A DNA stretch of 64,000 nt, taken from positions 139,437,705-139,501,704 of the forward strand of contig NC_068981.1 in assembly GCF_001194135.2 (NCBI RefSeq), in the 5' to 3' direction. The position numbers and the translations under genes are program-made. Of the stretch, positions 36,515 to 49,777 are shown in pieces. This DNA is from Octopus bimaculoides. Lineage: Eukaryota. The notes below the pieces were generated by a model. That model had not been told where the DNA came from. It saw only the letters and a list, made by a program, of their open reading frames with translations, and ran no database searches. The first letter of the stretch is position 1; the number at the start of each line of letters is the position of its first letter.

Positions 36515-37197
36515 TATCGAAGTTTCTAAATTCTTCAAATGCAAACAATATATTGAATTTGTCCATATGTATTATAAAATATATCCATAGAATTTAGGAG
36601 TTCAATTCTTTAACATGTCATTATAATATCAATGGCAGGAATGAATTTGCATAGAGTTAAAATTTACTAATACAAATATTCACAACAGAATATTTATCAG
36701 AATAGAAATAAAGACCTCAATGATATTTAAAAGTTTTGTTGTTATTTAATTTAAGCATATGAAAGTGAATACGATGAGTAAGTAATTTCTTCAGGGACGG
36801 ATTTTTGACACATTTCAAAATTTATCATGAATGAAATGACTTGAATATCACATTCAAATGCATTAATTATATTATTAATTAGGTAAAGATGATCTGGTTG
36901 TATGTTTGCATTTAAGGCATGGAAATAAACCTAAAATATAACAATGGAAGTTTAAAATATCACCGAGACTTTGGTTATCTCTTCTTTCATACACACATAT
37001 ATGTGTATGTTTATATCAGCATGAAGTGAAAATCGGTTCGTACGAAAAGTAATACTCTGTCGTATTCTTTTCGGTTTAATCTCTACATTTGTGTCGCTGC
37101 ATCGTTTTATGATAGGGTAGAAATTTGAAATATTTTTGTAGTTTTCGGTTAACACATTTCTATTGTATAAGCTGAGAAATCAGTGCTGAGCGTTTAG

Positions 37198-37398
37198 ATG
37201 GTGAGTCTCCTACCAGTGGACGTTGGTTTTCGATACAGGGATGCTGCTCGTGCATTTTTTTTTCCTTCAGATTACCAAAGTATGACAGTTTTTCATTGCT
37301 CTACTTCTTTGGAAGAGACAGATCAAAGTCGCAAAGAATTCGTGGAGTCAGCAAGGACATGCGTAACCTCATTGTGTTCCCTGAGTAGGAAGTTATAA
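37198..37398 (+). other. Candidate short intron (37201-37270) and downstream exon (unverified)
   Basis: ATG/GTGAGT donor, TTTTTTTTTCCTTCAG acceptor, 70-nt intron. The downstream frame reads YQSMTVFHCSTSLEETDQSRKEFVESARTC. Confidence 0.25.
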
Positions 37399-37769
37399 TT
37401 CACATGTTTTAAAATCGGCTGCGGTTTTCAGAAAATTTCATCGTTAAAGATAGTCCATTGAAGTATTAGCCATTTGTATTGAGATTAAAAACGAGAGAAA
37501 TAATTTCTCTAAAACAGAAACATCTTGAATAAGATCATAGTTCTTATTACAAACTATATAAAGTAGAAACAAACACACGCACGTACAAACACACACACAG
37601 AGTATTTCTACGGATGTAAATGTCTATAAGCCGCTTCTTTCTTTCTTTCTTTCTTTCTTTCTCTCTATATATAAACTTACTTGGAAATGGATGCGTGGCG
37701 TCCAATCATTTAATAATATAAACAGTATATATATATATATATATATGTACGTACGTATATATGTATATA

Positions 37770-37960
37770 CATATGCATATATGGGTACAGGACGTCATAA
37801 AACGTAAACAACATGAAATACGAAATCCTGGAATACGAACTTTTGCGAACAACGAAAGAAACAAATGGAAAAAAGACAACTAACATAAAGAACGACCCTT
37901 CATCAGTTGTCGGCTGTTTTATCTATTCCATATTTCGAGCAATTACGACAAGATGTGTCT
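37770..37960 (-). repeat. Unclassified repeat, possibly a PLE terminal repeat, with CGAAA-N26-CTGATGA
   Basis: Minus strand GCTCGAAATATGG...CCGACAACTGATGAAGGGTCG followed by a T-rich tract. The assignment to PLEs is inference. Confidence 0.35.
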
Positions 37961-37974
37961 TACAACAAGATGTG

Positions 37975-38083
37975 TCTTCTTTGTAAGTCTAGTACTTATT
38001 CTATCGGTCTCTTAGCTGAATCGCCAACATCGCTTGTCAAGTGATGATGGGAGGGGGCGACAAACACATAAATATGCACACAT

Positions 38084-38154
<71 letters not shown>

Positions 38155-38303
38155 TATATATATATACGACAGGCTTCTTTCAGTTTCCGTCTACCAAATC
38201 CACTGACAAGGCTTTGGTCGGCCCGAGGCTACAGTAGAAATACTTGCCCAAGGTGCCCTGTGGTTGGTAAGCAAGCTACTTACCACACTGCCACTCCTGC
38301 GCC
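37975..38303 (-). mobile_element. SINE family A with internal (TG)n, small internal deletion in the head
   Basis: Plus strand GGCTTCTTTCAGTTTCCGTCTACCAAATCCAC...CTTGCCCAAGGTGCC...CTTACCACACTGCCACTCCTGCGCC. Confidence 0.88.
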
Positions 38304-38333
38304 TGTATGTATAAATATGTATGTATATATACA

Positions 38334-38392
<59 letters not shown>

Positions 38393-38506
38393 NNNNNNNN
38401 NNNNNNNNNNNNNNNNNNNNNNNNNNNNNNNNNNNNNNNNNNNNNNNNNNNNNNNNNNNNNNNNNNNNNNNNNNNNNNNNNNNNNNNNNNNNNNNNNNNN
38501 NNNNNN

Positions 38507-38577
<71 letters not shown>

Positions 38578-39248
38578 TATATACATATGTATATAAATAT
38601 ATATATGTATGTATAAGTATATATGTGTGTGTATATATATTTATATATATATATATATATATATGCAAGCCTATTTTTATATTCCACTTTTGTCAGTTGG
38701 TAATAAAACAACAAAAGAACATTGTGTTACGCTGAAGTTCTGCTATAAGTATGTGAAAGATAAATGGTGTAGGAAAATATTTTTCTATGCCTCAATATTT
38801 GATCAGTCTGAGTAAATCTGATCATGTTTGGCAATGATTCTCAAACGGTAAACGGGAAATGTTTTACAACTTCGACAAAACGTGGCTAAAAACTGATTAA
38901 TCGTCTCTGTTGAATAGCTCTCAGCCTTTTCTTCAAACGTTGTCCTCCCAGACTTTAAAAGACATACATTAATCTTAATCGTTCTCTCGTATTTTCTGAT
39001 TGTTATTTTTTTGACTCGGTCCCAGCACTTGTCTGACTGTATCTGTCCGATGGTCTGTTTGTCTCTCTCTCGCGGGCCCCTACGTCTCTCTGTTTACTTC
39101 TGTATCAATATGTATGAATAAATACATAAACACACACACACACACACACACATATATATTTATACATACACATACGCAAACACATATACGCATATATATA
39201 TATACAGACATGTAACTGCAACAGGGTATGTATATGTATGTGTGTACA

Positions 39249-39279
<31 letters not shown>

Positions 39280-39462
39280 GCATCCGTACACACACGCACA
39301 CACACATATAAACACAAATATCTAATTACATAAATGTACATACACCCCAAATACACACACACACACACACATGTATGCATATGTACGCCTGTATACGAAC
39401 ATATATATTTGTGTCTGTGTGTGTCTGTACACATGCATAAACTCGAACAAACCCTAAAAAAG

Positions 39463-39496
<34 letters not shown>

Positions 39497-39534
39497 TATA
39501 TATTGTAATATTTTTGTGTATGTATGTGTGTGTT

Positions 39535-39567
<33 letters not shown>

Positions 39568-41239
39568 TAGAGAGAGAGAGAAAGAGAGAGAGGGAGAGTC
39601 TGTAACAGAGAAAACAACAATACAGAGTACAGATAATGATAACAGTACAAGCAGTAACTAGCAAAGATCAAACTGTTATTGGAAGAATTGTAAATGTTTA
39701 AACTTTTTAAAGTGTTGCGTGTATCAGCATAATCGCCAATGATTAAAAATTGTCCTTCCGCCAGTAATTGGACGGATCCGATTAGTTTTTTTTTTTATTG
39801 TTGCTTCACTTCAACTCGCTCTTGATGTTTAATAAATAGTGTGATGCTTGCAAAATGCTGAAGGAAGGACGACAATTAGAACTTCTGACAATTTATAGTT
39901 TTCTAATTCCTCATCAATGTTGGTATTACAAAAATACTGAATCTTTTTCTACTACAACAGAAAAATAAATCAATATTTTCGTATTTCTCCTCCCTCTTTC
40001 TCCACAAATGCCAGCAGTTGTTTCGGAGTAAAAAAAAATAGCTTTGATCATACGAAGTAAACAAACTGATAGATCAAATTATAATATAGATCGAATCATT
40101 TAATCATGTTTCGTTTTTATTGAATCGAAACAAGTAAGATCTCACAACATTTATCGCTGTCTTTCAGCGTGTTACGTGGTAGAAACACTGGTTGAATTGT
40201 CGCTCGGTAGGGTAGTAGTTGCAACTAATTGCCGTGAGTCCAGTGATCTGAATAATTTGTACGAGACTTCAGATGTTCTGCAGCCATCGCTTTGTATTTA
40301 ACAAAAACGTCGTAGCTTGGCTATTTATTGTGAACAAAACTGTCCAACTAGCTTCTATGTGAATAAGAAATCTGCAGGATAGTACTTACTTTTCAGGTGT
40401 CGGCCAAGAATCTCGTTCACGTCTCAAGCTATATGATGTAACAGTAGAAGTATTACGCGTTCTGTGGTATTTATACACGCACCTCTGTCTCTCTCTTTTT
40501 CTGTATGTCTTCCTTCCCCCCTCCCTCCCCTCCCTTTCTCTCTCTCTCTCTCTCTCTCACACACAACCACACACACACACACATAGGAAGAAAGAAACAC
40601 AAACAAGTTAAATCTGCAGGACCAGAAAAACCTCAAGCACGGACATTATTCTTCTCTTATCGGCTCTCATCAGAGTTGTTCACTCTAGAGAGTGCCGATA
40701 GCTTCATAACAGATGCTATCCGGGGAAAATTTCTACTCTAGTGAGACGATAAGGTAGTGTGACATCATATATGTTAAAACATATGAATTATTTGCAACAA
40801 ATATGTAAGTCGATCGAACTAGCAAGCCGTTTATTTCTATGGCTAAAACAGGAAACTCCCTACATAAAGAAGATGTATAGCGCAAAATGAATTGGCAGGT
40901 AGTAGATCCAAGTCCGAAAAAAAAGAGGCATTCGTAGGTTGCATATTAATATTAAGAGGAATCAGAAATAGTCGGAAAGGTTCAAATCAGACAGTGAGGA
41001 AAAAGGTGAGGGAAAAGGAGACGAAATAGAAGTAGAAAAACGAAAGATAGATAGATATGGGGGAGAGAAAGAGAGAGAGGGGAGGGAGAGAGAAAAAGAA
41101 GATAAACGAAAGTTTTGGAGAATATGGCTGTTGACGAATATAAAATATAAACGTGGGCAAGATATTAGGGTGGTATTACGATCTAACAGAAGAAAAATTA
41201 AGAATAGACAAAGGGTTAAATGATAAGGACAACTAAAAT

Positions 41240-41700
41240 CACAAATACGAATACTTTTCATTCGTCATCAACTGTTGTTCGAATCTCAAAGAAATTTCGG
41301 CACGTTATCAATGAAGACGAGGCAATTTCATTTGTTGATTCATACGTTGTACCTGGCGTCATCCTAAGGCCGACAATCTCCGGATTTCTTGTTCTTGCTT
41401 TTGTATTTCGGGGATTTTCTATGCAGAAGCTTTTAGAATAATTTTGCTGTCACATATACAGCACCCAGGCTGTCTGCCTTGGATGCCGAGTTTTAAGGTT
41501 TTCTTGTCTATAAGAAAACACTTCTGGTATACTTTTGTGCTTTTGCAGTATCATGAGAATTTGTATGTCCCCATCCGATCACATGTCACAAACTTATGTA
41601 GTACATCTGTACTAAAAAATCTACCCATATAATATCACGAGGGTGACTGCTAACCGTAAGTGAACATCATCACCCATGTCTCTGACAGCGACTCTTGTGT
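41240..41700 (-). mobile_element. Possible very old RTE-like 3' fragment
   Basis: Minus strand GTTTGTGACATGTGATCGGATGG resembles WFGHVIRM coding. Little else is retained. Confidence 0.25.
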
Positions 41701-42151
41701 GTCCTCTTCCCAAAATACTGAGAAACTAGCAAACTGAGGTTCAGTTTTTTTTTTATACAAACAGTTTGTATTTATTTGTTACTGTGCTTCATAGTACTTT
41801 TTTTATATCTTTTTCCCCGTTCTGTTTATATTTTATAAATACAAATTCATTCAAATTATATATTATATAACGTCTTCCATCCCCACTGATCTTTGTATAA
41901 TTTCTTCGTCCCTCCCTATACATATCTGTAAGCCTTCTGTTTAAAGTGTCTTTGTATTTCCTCTATATCATTAGTCTATTGTTGCTATTCTTGGTTTTGT
42001 CGTTTTCACATTTCTCATTGCTAAATCCGAATACCGAATCGAAAAATTTTTAGTTGAGTAAGTTATAAAACGACAATTTGTATCAAACTATAAACGCAAA
42101 CGACACGTCGGTGGTAATGGCTGAGAAGTTGAATTGTATGCGTGTGAGTGA

Positions 42152-42191
<40 letters not shown>

Positions 42192-42345
42192 GTATGTGTG
42201 TGTGAGGGAGTTGGTAGGTAGGAAGGGAATAATCAAACAATAAACAAACAATGCATAAAGAAAACCCAGAAACACCAATAACAGCAAAATACAGTAAAAC
42301 CAACACATTAAAAGGAAAAGTAAAACGTCAATCACAGCTGTAAGA

Positions 42346-42349
<4 letters not shown>

Positions 42350-42390
<41 letters not shown>

Positions 42391-42407
42391 ACATCAACAT
42401 CAACATC

Positions 42408-42441
<34 letters not shown>

Positions 42442-42442
42442 C
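42350..42442. repeat. (ATC)n grading into (AAC)n trinucleotide array
   Basis: Direct reading. Confidence 0.95.
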
Positions 42443-42819
42443 AATTATAGGTTAAATCTGATGTGACCTGAGGTCTCGAAAAGGAAATAAATAAATAAAT
42501 GAAAATAAACGAATTTTTTTTTTCTTTTCTCGTCTCCATTTTAACATCTGATGTAATTTTCGATTTGTTTTAACTCACACGGCTTTTTGGGTTTTTTCTT
42601 TTTCTGTTGTTATTTTTAAGTTAAGCTTTGTGTTTCTAAACTTTAAATAATGGTTTGTTCTCGTATTCCTGTTGGCTTGTTATACATTTACCAAAGTGTT
42701 GACCCTCAGGCTTTAACTCAATCTGAAGTGTGTTTTTTTTTTTAATATAAATCATTTCATTGTTTTGTTATTGTTTTGTTTTTGTTATTCTTCCAACTTG
42801 AAAACAAATACGTATAACC

Positions 42820-43145
42820 ATTGTTGTTGTTTTGTTGTTGTTGTCGTCTATATTGTTACCATTATTGTTAGACATCAACTTCATCACCATGATCGTCTTT
42901 GTCATGAATATCATCGTCATTTTAAACAACCTCCTCCTTCTCCTCCTCACTATCATCACCATTAGCCTCATTATTTTCATCTCATTCAACATCATCAGCT
43001 CCAGCTGCAGTTGCATTACCACCACTACCTCCACCTCACCCTCACCGTCACAGCTACAATTACTACCACCAACGTTACCACCACCACCACCACTAAAACT
43101 ACCACCACCTCCACTACCATTACCATCATCATCCTCATCACCATT
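42820..43145. repeat. Degenerate mixed trinucleotide tract (GTT, ATC, CTC, ACC)
   Basis: Direct reading. It explains the low-complexity ORFs on both strands. Confidence 0.85.
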
Positions 43146-43397
43146 CGGAGAGGTGAGAGAAGCAGTATCCATTTAAGTATCTTTAAGTTCTGGGTTCAAA
43201 CCCTACCAAGATTGACGTTACACAGACTAGTAATCAAGGGAATTGAATCAGACAAATGAATGAATGAATGAGCGGATGGTTGAAAGGGTCACAAACCTTT
43301 CAGATGCAGCGTATCTATGTGAAACATCATCATTAGTTAACAAAAAGTGACAACTTGAATAACGGTGTGTAGAGAACATACTGTTGTTGTTGTTGTT

Positions 43398-43777
43398 GGC
43401 ACTCCGTCGCTTACGACGTCGAGGGTTCCAATTGATCCGATCAACGGAACAGTCTACTCGTGAAATTAACGTGCAAGTGGCTGAGCACTCCACAGACACG
43501 TGTACTCTTAACGTAGTTCTCGGGGATATTCAGCGTAACACAGAGTGTGACAAGGCTGACCCTTTGAATTACAGGCACTACAGAAACAGGAAGTAAGAGT
43601 GAGAGAAAGTTGTGGTGAAAGAGTACAGCAGGGTTCGCCACCAATCCTCTGTCGAGCCTCGTGGAGCTTTATGTGTTTTCGCTCAATAAACACTCACAAC
43701 GCCCGGTCTGGGAAAAGAAACCGCGATCCTATGACCGCGAGTCCGCTGCCCTAACCACTGGGCCATTGCGCCTCCAC
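43398..43777 (-). mobile_element. tRNA-derived SINE family C, full length and well preserved
   Basis: Minus strand GTGGAGGCGCAATGGCCCAGTGGTTAGGG (A box), B box region, 3' hairpin CGTCG/CGACG (43405-43418) and (AAC)n tail. Confidence 0.92.
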
Positions 43778-43819
43778 AACCAAAATCATAATCACAGCAA
43801 TATTCACAAGCCCAAACAA

Positions 43820-44035
43820 GGCGCCGAGCTGGCAGAGACGTTAGTGTACCTGGCGAAATGCTTAACGATATTTCGTCTGTTTTTACGTTCTGAGTTCAAA
43901 TTCCGCCGAGGTCGACTTTAGCTTTCATCCTTTCGGATTCGATAAATGAATTATCAGTTGCATACTGAGGTCTATCTAATCGACTGGCCCCTTCCCCTAA
44001 AATTTTGGGCCTTGTGCCTAGAGTAGAAAAGAATA
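43820..44035 (+). mobile_element. tRNA-derived SINE family B, full length
   Basis: GGCGCCGAGCTGGCAGAGACGTTAG...GAGTTCAAATTCCGCCGAGGTCGAC (B box)...CCTTGTGCCTAGAGTAGAAAAGAATATT. Confidence 0.9.
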
Positions 44036-44319
44036 TTTACAAGCGCAATATTCACAGCAGAAACAAACACAACCACGCCAACGAAAATCACAACCACACC
44101 AGCAATTACCATAATTACAACAACAAGCATGACCACAACAACAACTGCATGAACCACCACCACCACCACCACCGCCACAACAATCTCTGTTACAACGATA
44201 GCAACAATAAGAAATGTCTATACCCGGCTCACAAATTGTGGTGGTGGGTTTCCTGATTCAACGTTAGAAAACATTACAATTAATTGATAGAATTATTTTC
44301 ATACTTAGTGTGGTTGACT

Positions 44320-44505
44320 GGAAAAATTGTCACAGCATTGGGCAAATTGTCTTGCAGTATTTGTTCTAGATCTTTAAGTTCTGAGTTTAAGTCTGTCTAA
44401 ATCTATCTTTACCTTTCACCCTCTCAGGGTTAATGAAATAAAAGTTTAGTACTGGGGTCGATGTAATCGACTACACCCTCCTCTCAAAATTGCTAACCTT
44501 ATTAC
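44320..44505 (+). mobile_element. SINE family B, degenerate
   Basis: AAGTTCTGAGTTTAA...TACTGGGGTCGATGTAATCGACT. Confidence 0.6.
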
Positions 44506-44511
44506 TATATC

Positions 44512-44720
44512 GGTTTCAAATTTTGTCACAAGGTTAGCAGTTTCGGGGGAGGAGTAAGTCAATTACAACGATCCCCAGTGTCCAACTGGTACTTATTTTA
44601 TCGATCACAACAAGGAAAATCGGCCTCCTGGGCGGAATTTGAACTAAGAACGTAAAGACTGATGAAATACCGCTAAGCACTTTGCTCCGCGCAGTAACAA
44701 CTCTGCGAGTTCACCGCGTT
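44512..44720 (-). mobile_element. SINE family B
   Basis: AACTGGTACTTATTTTATCGA...GGCGGAATTTGAACTAAGAACGTAAAGAC...ATACCGCTAAGCA. Confidence 0.85.
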
Positions 44721-44724
44721 AACC

Positions 44725-44865
44725 TTCGCCGGGGTAGACCTTGCCTTTCATCAATTAGAGGCCGATAAAATAAGTAGCAGTACCAGTTGAGCGCTGGGAT
44801 CGATGTAATCGATTTACCGTCTCCCTCGAACTTGCTGGCCTTGTGCCAAAATTTGAAACTAATAT
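44725..44865 (+). mobile_element. SINE family B, 5'-truncated
   Basis: GACCTTGCCTTTCATC...GATAAAATAAGTA...CCAGTTGAG...GATCGATGTAATCGA...GGCCTTGTGCCAAAATTTGAAAC. Confidence 0.78.
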
Positions 44866-45544
44866 CAAAAACAATAGTTATTATGATTAGTTTTTAGAGT
44901 AGCATAATTGGTAGAATGTAAGACTAAACACCGAGCAATATTTACTTAGACTCCTTTGCAGTCTAAGTTCAAAACTTACTGGAATCGATGTTAATACGAT
45001 GTTCTCTGAAGATTGTGATTTCGGAGAAATAAAACTAAAGAAAAAAAAAAAAAANNNNNNNNNNAAAAAAAAAAAAAAAAAACTAATGCAGGAGGATTTG
45101 AACACAGAACGGTATAGTCTAAATTTACTACTTCAAGCTTGTTTCGACTGGTGCCCTTTTGTTTCTTAAGCTTCTCGCCTTGTGTGAAGGATAAAGCAAA
45201 AATAAATGTTGTATTTTATGCCTATAGAACAACAACATCATCGACATCATCATCATTCTCATCATCATCGTCAACCAGAACTGACACCACCATTATGGTG
45301 CTTACTTTTTGTATGCTTCTTATACAATGTCCTTCACGTAATTTTGGCGATATTGATTTAAATATACATACGCACATATATTCGTGTGTGTGTGTGTGTG
45401 TGTGTGTATGTATATATGTATTTAGGCATGTATGCATGTGAGCATGTATATATATATATATACACACATACAAGTATGTAATTTTATGCTTATACATGTA
45501 TGCACACATTCGTCTTTCTCCATATACATATATGAATACCTTCA

Positions 45545-45587
<43 letters not shown>

Positions 45588-45614
45588 CTCTCTATCTCTC
45601 TCTCNNNNNNNNNN

Positions 45615-45680
<66 letters not shown>

Positions 45681-46719
45681 TATACACGTAGTGATGCATA
45701 TACATTACTTGGCCACTAATGCATCACTTCCTTATTCGTGGTGTTGGCAAAGGTTTTAAAGAAATGCTAGAAATTCCTGGGAATCGAAATCTTGACACTT
45801 CGTGATATTAAATATAACTGCTATTATATATTTCTAGCTTTTTTTTTTCCTGAACTCAACTGACATTTGAGCAAATGCTATAGAAATATCTATTCCTCTG
45901 TATTCTTGTAGATGAAAGACATTGAACAAAATAAATGAATGATAAAAAAAAAGAGACCAAAAAATTGCCGAGATAAACATCCAGTTTTATGAAAGGGGGA
46001 AACTAAAAGCACGAGTGTTTTAAGTACATGAAATGTTGATATATCATCTAAATGTGAAATAAGGTAAAACAAAAATCAAAAACATATATATATATATATA
46101 CAAATACGATAAAGCATTCAACATTATTGTGGCTTAAAAAATATATATATATATAAATATATATCAATAAAACCATGAATCTAGAAAAGAAAGTAAAACT
46201 CATTGCAAATATTTCAGTGTCATGCTGAAATATCATTATTAGCACTTTAAGAAGGTTAACACTGTACAGAAGTTGTAAACTGCTTAGGATATTTGTGAAT
46301 GCAGCCGAGTTTCGATTCACTCATGTGGTACATGCATGTGCCTTGCTTTATTTCGTTTATGCTTTCTTGCAAAACAGTTGTTTTGTGTCATCTTAGGAAA
46401 TACGCATTAAATTTCTTTACTTTAATGTACCCGAGGTCAAATTCAACGTCATTTACATTTCGCATTTCATATCTCATGGAATATAATGTAGTTATATAGA
46501 TATGGAGTTGATATACTTTATGCTTATTTCTTATTGTTCAGTGAAAATGAAATATAGACAAAATAGTTATATTTGAAAATTTCATAAGCTGCGGAGATGA
46601 TAACGATAGAAGTGAATTAGAGATTGTGCATCTTCAATTCACAATAGTAGTTCTACCAGTGTCCACATTTTTAAAAGGCTTGTTGAATTAATCTACTATC
46701 AGTGATATTAGCTTTAAAT

Positions 46720-46921
46720 TTTGACTATGTCAGCAATTTCGAGAGATGGGGTAAGTTGGTTTACATCAACCTCAGTGTTCAAACAGTATTTATTTTATTG
46801 ACTCCGAAAGGACAAAAGGCAAAGTCGACCTCGGCGGAAGTCGAACTCAGAATGTAAACACGGAAGAAATGTCTATAAGCATTTTGTCCGGCGAGCCAAA
46901 TATTCTGCCAGTTCGCCGCCA
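46720..46921 (-). mobile_element. SINE family B (followed by a second tail fragment at about 46935-47010)
   Basis: AAAGGCAAAGTCGACCTCGGCGGAAGTCGAACTCAGAATGT...TTCTGCCAGTTCGCCGCC. Confidence 0.85.
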
Positions 46922-47764
46922 TTGTTAGAGTAGATTTTCTTTCTTTTCTATTATAGGCACAAGGCCTGAAATTTACGGGGAGGGGACTAATCGATGAGAT
47001 CGACCCCAGAGTAAATTTTCTTTAATAGCTCAACTAGACAATTCGGAGTTCTCTCCCCTGATTTCCTTCTTATTAACGGCAATGAGTGTATCTCATTTAC
47101 GATGTAATTTCAATTGGTTTAAAAATTTCTTTTTGGTTGAAAACATTAACTGTTTTATGTACCGATGTACCTATATATTTTTCATGCATACGCATCAATA
47201 GAAAATTTTCCAGTGCCAGTTTTTCACACTGTCGACCGCTCAATTTTTCATACTAAAAACGTACGTCATCTCTGTAGTTTTATTATCTGGTGAGTACGTA
47301 TTAGACTATTCTTTGCTAAGAAGGATTAATAAGAAATAAACATGTGGCGAAATTTTACATACTACCAATGATCAGAGGCTCTCAACACTGCACATTTCCA
47401 TTAAATTTTTAATCAATTAAATTTACGCATTCTTTCCTTTGTCATCTTTGACAATAAATATCATTTACGCTAATATCTTTTGTACATATCGCATATGTAA
47501 TAACCTGCACAAGACTCAATAAATACTCGACTGCTAGCCAACGGCTTCTGTAGTTCACACTGCAGACTTGATTGTTGTAGTTTAATTTCAGTTTAACCCT
47601 GATCAGCTATGCTCAGTCCATTTTGTTATTTACACGATGTATATCTAGAACTACATACGTCAATGTACCCTTCTTCTGAGGAGAGTTGACTGCTACTTTT
47701 AGCTGGTAAGTAGAGCGTGAACATGCTCTTCTTTTCTCTCATGCGGGCAGTTTTATATACATTC

Positions 47765-47945
47765 ATCCTTTACTTGTTTCAGTCACTGAACTGCGGTCAT
47801 ACTAAAGCTCCGTCTTGGAAGGCTGAGTCGAGGAAATAGACACTATGTACTTATTTTAAAGTTTGAAACTTATTCTATCGTAACCCTTTGCCGAATCGCT
47901 TGGTTACAGGATAAACAAATCCGTTGTCAAGCGGTGGGAGGACAG

Positions 47946-48034
<89 letters not shown>

Positions 48035-48135
48035 GAGAGATAAATAGCTTTCGTCTACTAAGTTCACTCAAAAGGCATTGGTCAGCCCGAGGCTAATATT
48101 GCCTAAAATTGCAATGGGAATGAACCATGAACCAC
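47765..48135 (-). mobile_element. SINE family A, diverged, internal (TG)n
   Basis: CTTGTTTCAGTCA...TGCGGTCAT...TTGTCAAGCGGTGG...(CA)n...CAGCCCGAGGCT. Confidence 0.78.
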
Positions 48136-48949
48136 AAAACAATGCCTGCGTCTACCTCACGGGAATAACTGTATTTGATAAACAAAGAAGACAGCCTCTG
48201 AGCTGTCATTCAACTTGCTAGAAATAACAGGAAATCCCACTCACAAATAAACAGAACACAATGATTATCGTGGTTCAGTGCTTCAGGATCTACTCTCTCT
48301 AGAACAAGAGTTGATAGTCACAGCTTAACTTCATTTGATCATAAGTTTACTCCATCACAGCTGACCTGGCGATAAGTAATAACAACTACAATTCTATTGT
48401 CTTAACTGTTAAACAAATTCAGTGTTACCCGATATTAATTGGAGTGAAAACGTCAGATACCTTAGAGAGTTCATTCCGTTTACTTTTCATTTCATATTCC
48501 TGCAAATGTTGTACCAATGTAGTCATTCAAAATAACGAATGAAACACAAGAAATAACTACATAAAAAAATCATTCATCAATACATTTCGAAAGACATTTT
48601 ATTTACAAATAAATTTGATAAAGTACTAGCGAAACATAGGACGAACAGTTTATATTCCTATGTCGTTAATATAACAACGAAATAATATTTTTTTTTGTAG
48701 AATAGTGAAACAAAACCCAGACACGTCAACGTGAATTTCATTTATATAATGCCTTACTGGAAATAATATCACAACAATACAACATTGATTAGGATAATAT
48801 TATATGAATAAATTGAATATATGAAGTGTGAAGTGACATGAGAGAATATGTATGTGATGTGAAACGGGCTGTGGTCACATGTATGTATCGAATATAAAAG
48901 AGTATATTTATCAATTGGAAATATTGAGTATATATATATATATATAATG

Positions 48950-49140
48950 TAACCTCGAGGGCATCGGTACCATTTTCCCCTTTCTCCGTTCTTCCATTCT
49001 CCGAACTTTCCATATTTCCGACGAAGGGCTAGGCCCGAAACGTCATACACTCTCTCTTTCCTTTCCTGAGCGTCCAATAATACTATCCATATCACGTCCT
49101 CACTTTGTTGTGTTTTTGTGTTTTTTTGTTATTGTTTTTT
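48950..49140 (+). mobile_element. Solo repeat carrying a second, unrelated PLE-type hammerhead motif (49018-49050)
   Basis: CCGACGA (U4C variant of CTGACGA) + A + stem II GGGC/TAG/GCCC + GAAAC GTC with palindromic ACGT. Stem I poorly paired. Flanked by (TA)n. Confidence 0.6.
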
Positions 49141-49777
49141 TGAACTATATATATATATATATATATATATGCATGCATTTATGTATACACATATATACAG
49201 ACAACCCTATCTATCACGCATACACACATATATACATGTATGTACATAAAGATACATGTATATATATACATATATTTACAGACATACACACACATATACG
49301 TACGTACACGTATGCACCTATAAGCGTATATATGTTGGCTTGTATCATATAGCACTGTGTAAAAAAATCGTATAGATACACAATACTTATAGTAAGAGCG
49401 TATAATTGTAATAGTACCAATAATACCTCAATAAGTTAGTTTTTTAGAAGTCAAAACTATAAGTCCTTAAATCATTAGATTAAAAAATTATAATAGCTAT
49501 ATATGCTCGAGAAATATCTCTTAGATATGCAGAATGTTGCGGTACTCAACAAAAGATAAGAGATCATGTCAAAGGGTAGGCACAAAAATAGATATCTGAA
49601 TACGTCTTTCAGCTTCAAAATGGATAATGTAGAAGCAACCTATTACAATAAAGGTGGTGATCTTTATCCAATTGTTACATTGTCGCCACTAGAAAGGAAT
49701 AAATTTATACATTTTTACGAAACTAGATATCGGAAAGGGATCAACTGCAAAATCTAAGCATCTTTATCATTTAACCT

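Noticed and set aside
40658-40700. Imperfect hairpin (TATCGGC...GCCGATA) as a pre-miRNA or hammerhead
   Set aside because: It is only 43 nt with several mismatches, too short for a typical precursor. The minus-strand CTGATGA has no suitably placed GAAA.
40960-41110. Purine-rich tract as an H-DNA or regulatory element
   Set aside because: Such (GA)-rich tracts are common in this window and show no clear mirror symmetry.
42768-43176. 134-aa and 114-aa ORFs on opposite strands (Gly/Asp-rich and Pro/Ser/Thr-rich)
   Set aside because: They derive from degenerate trinucleotide repeats, which stay open in several frames. No domain or splice support.
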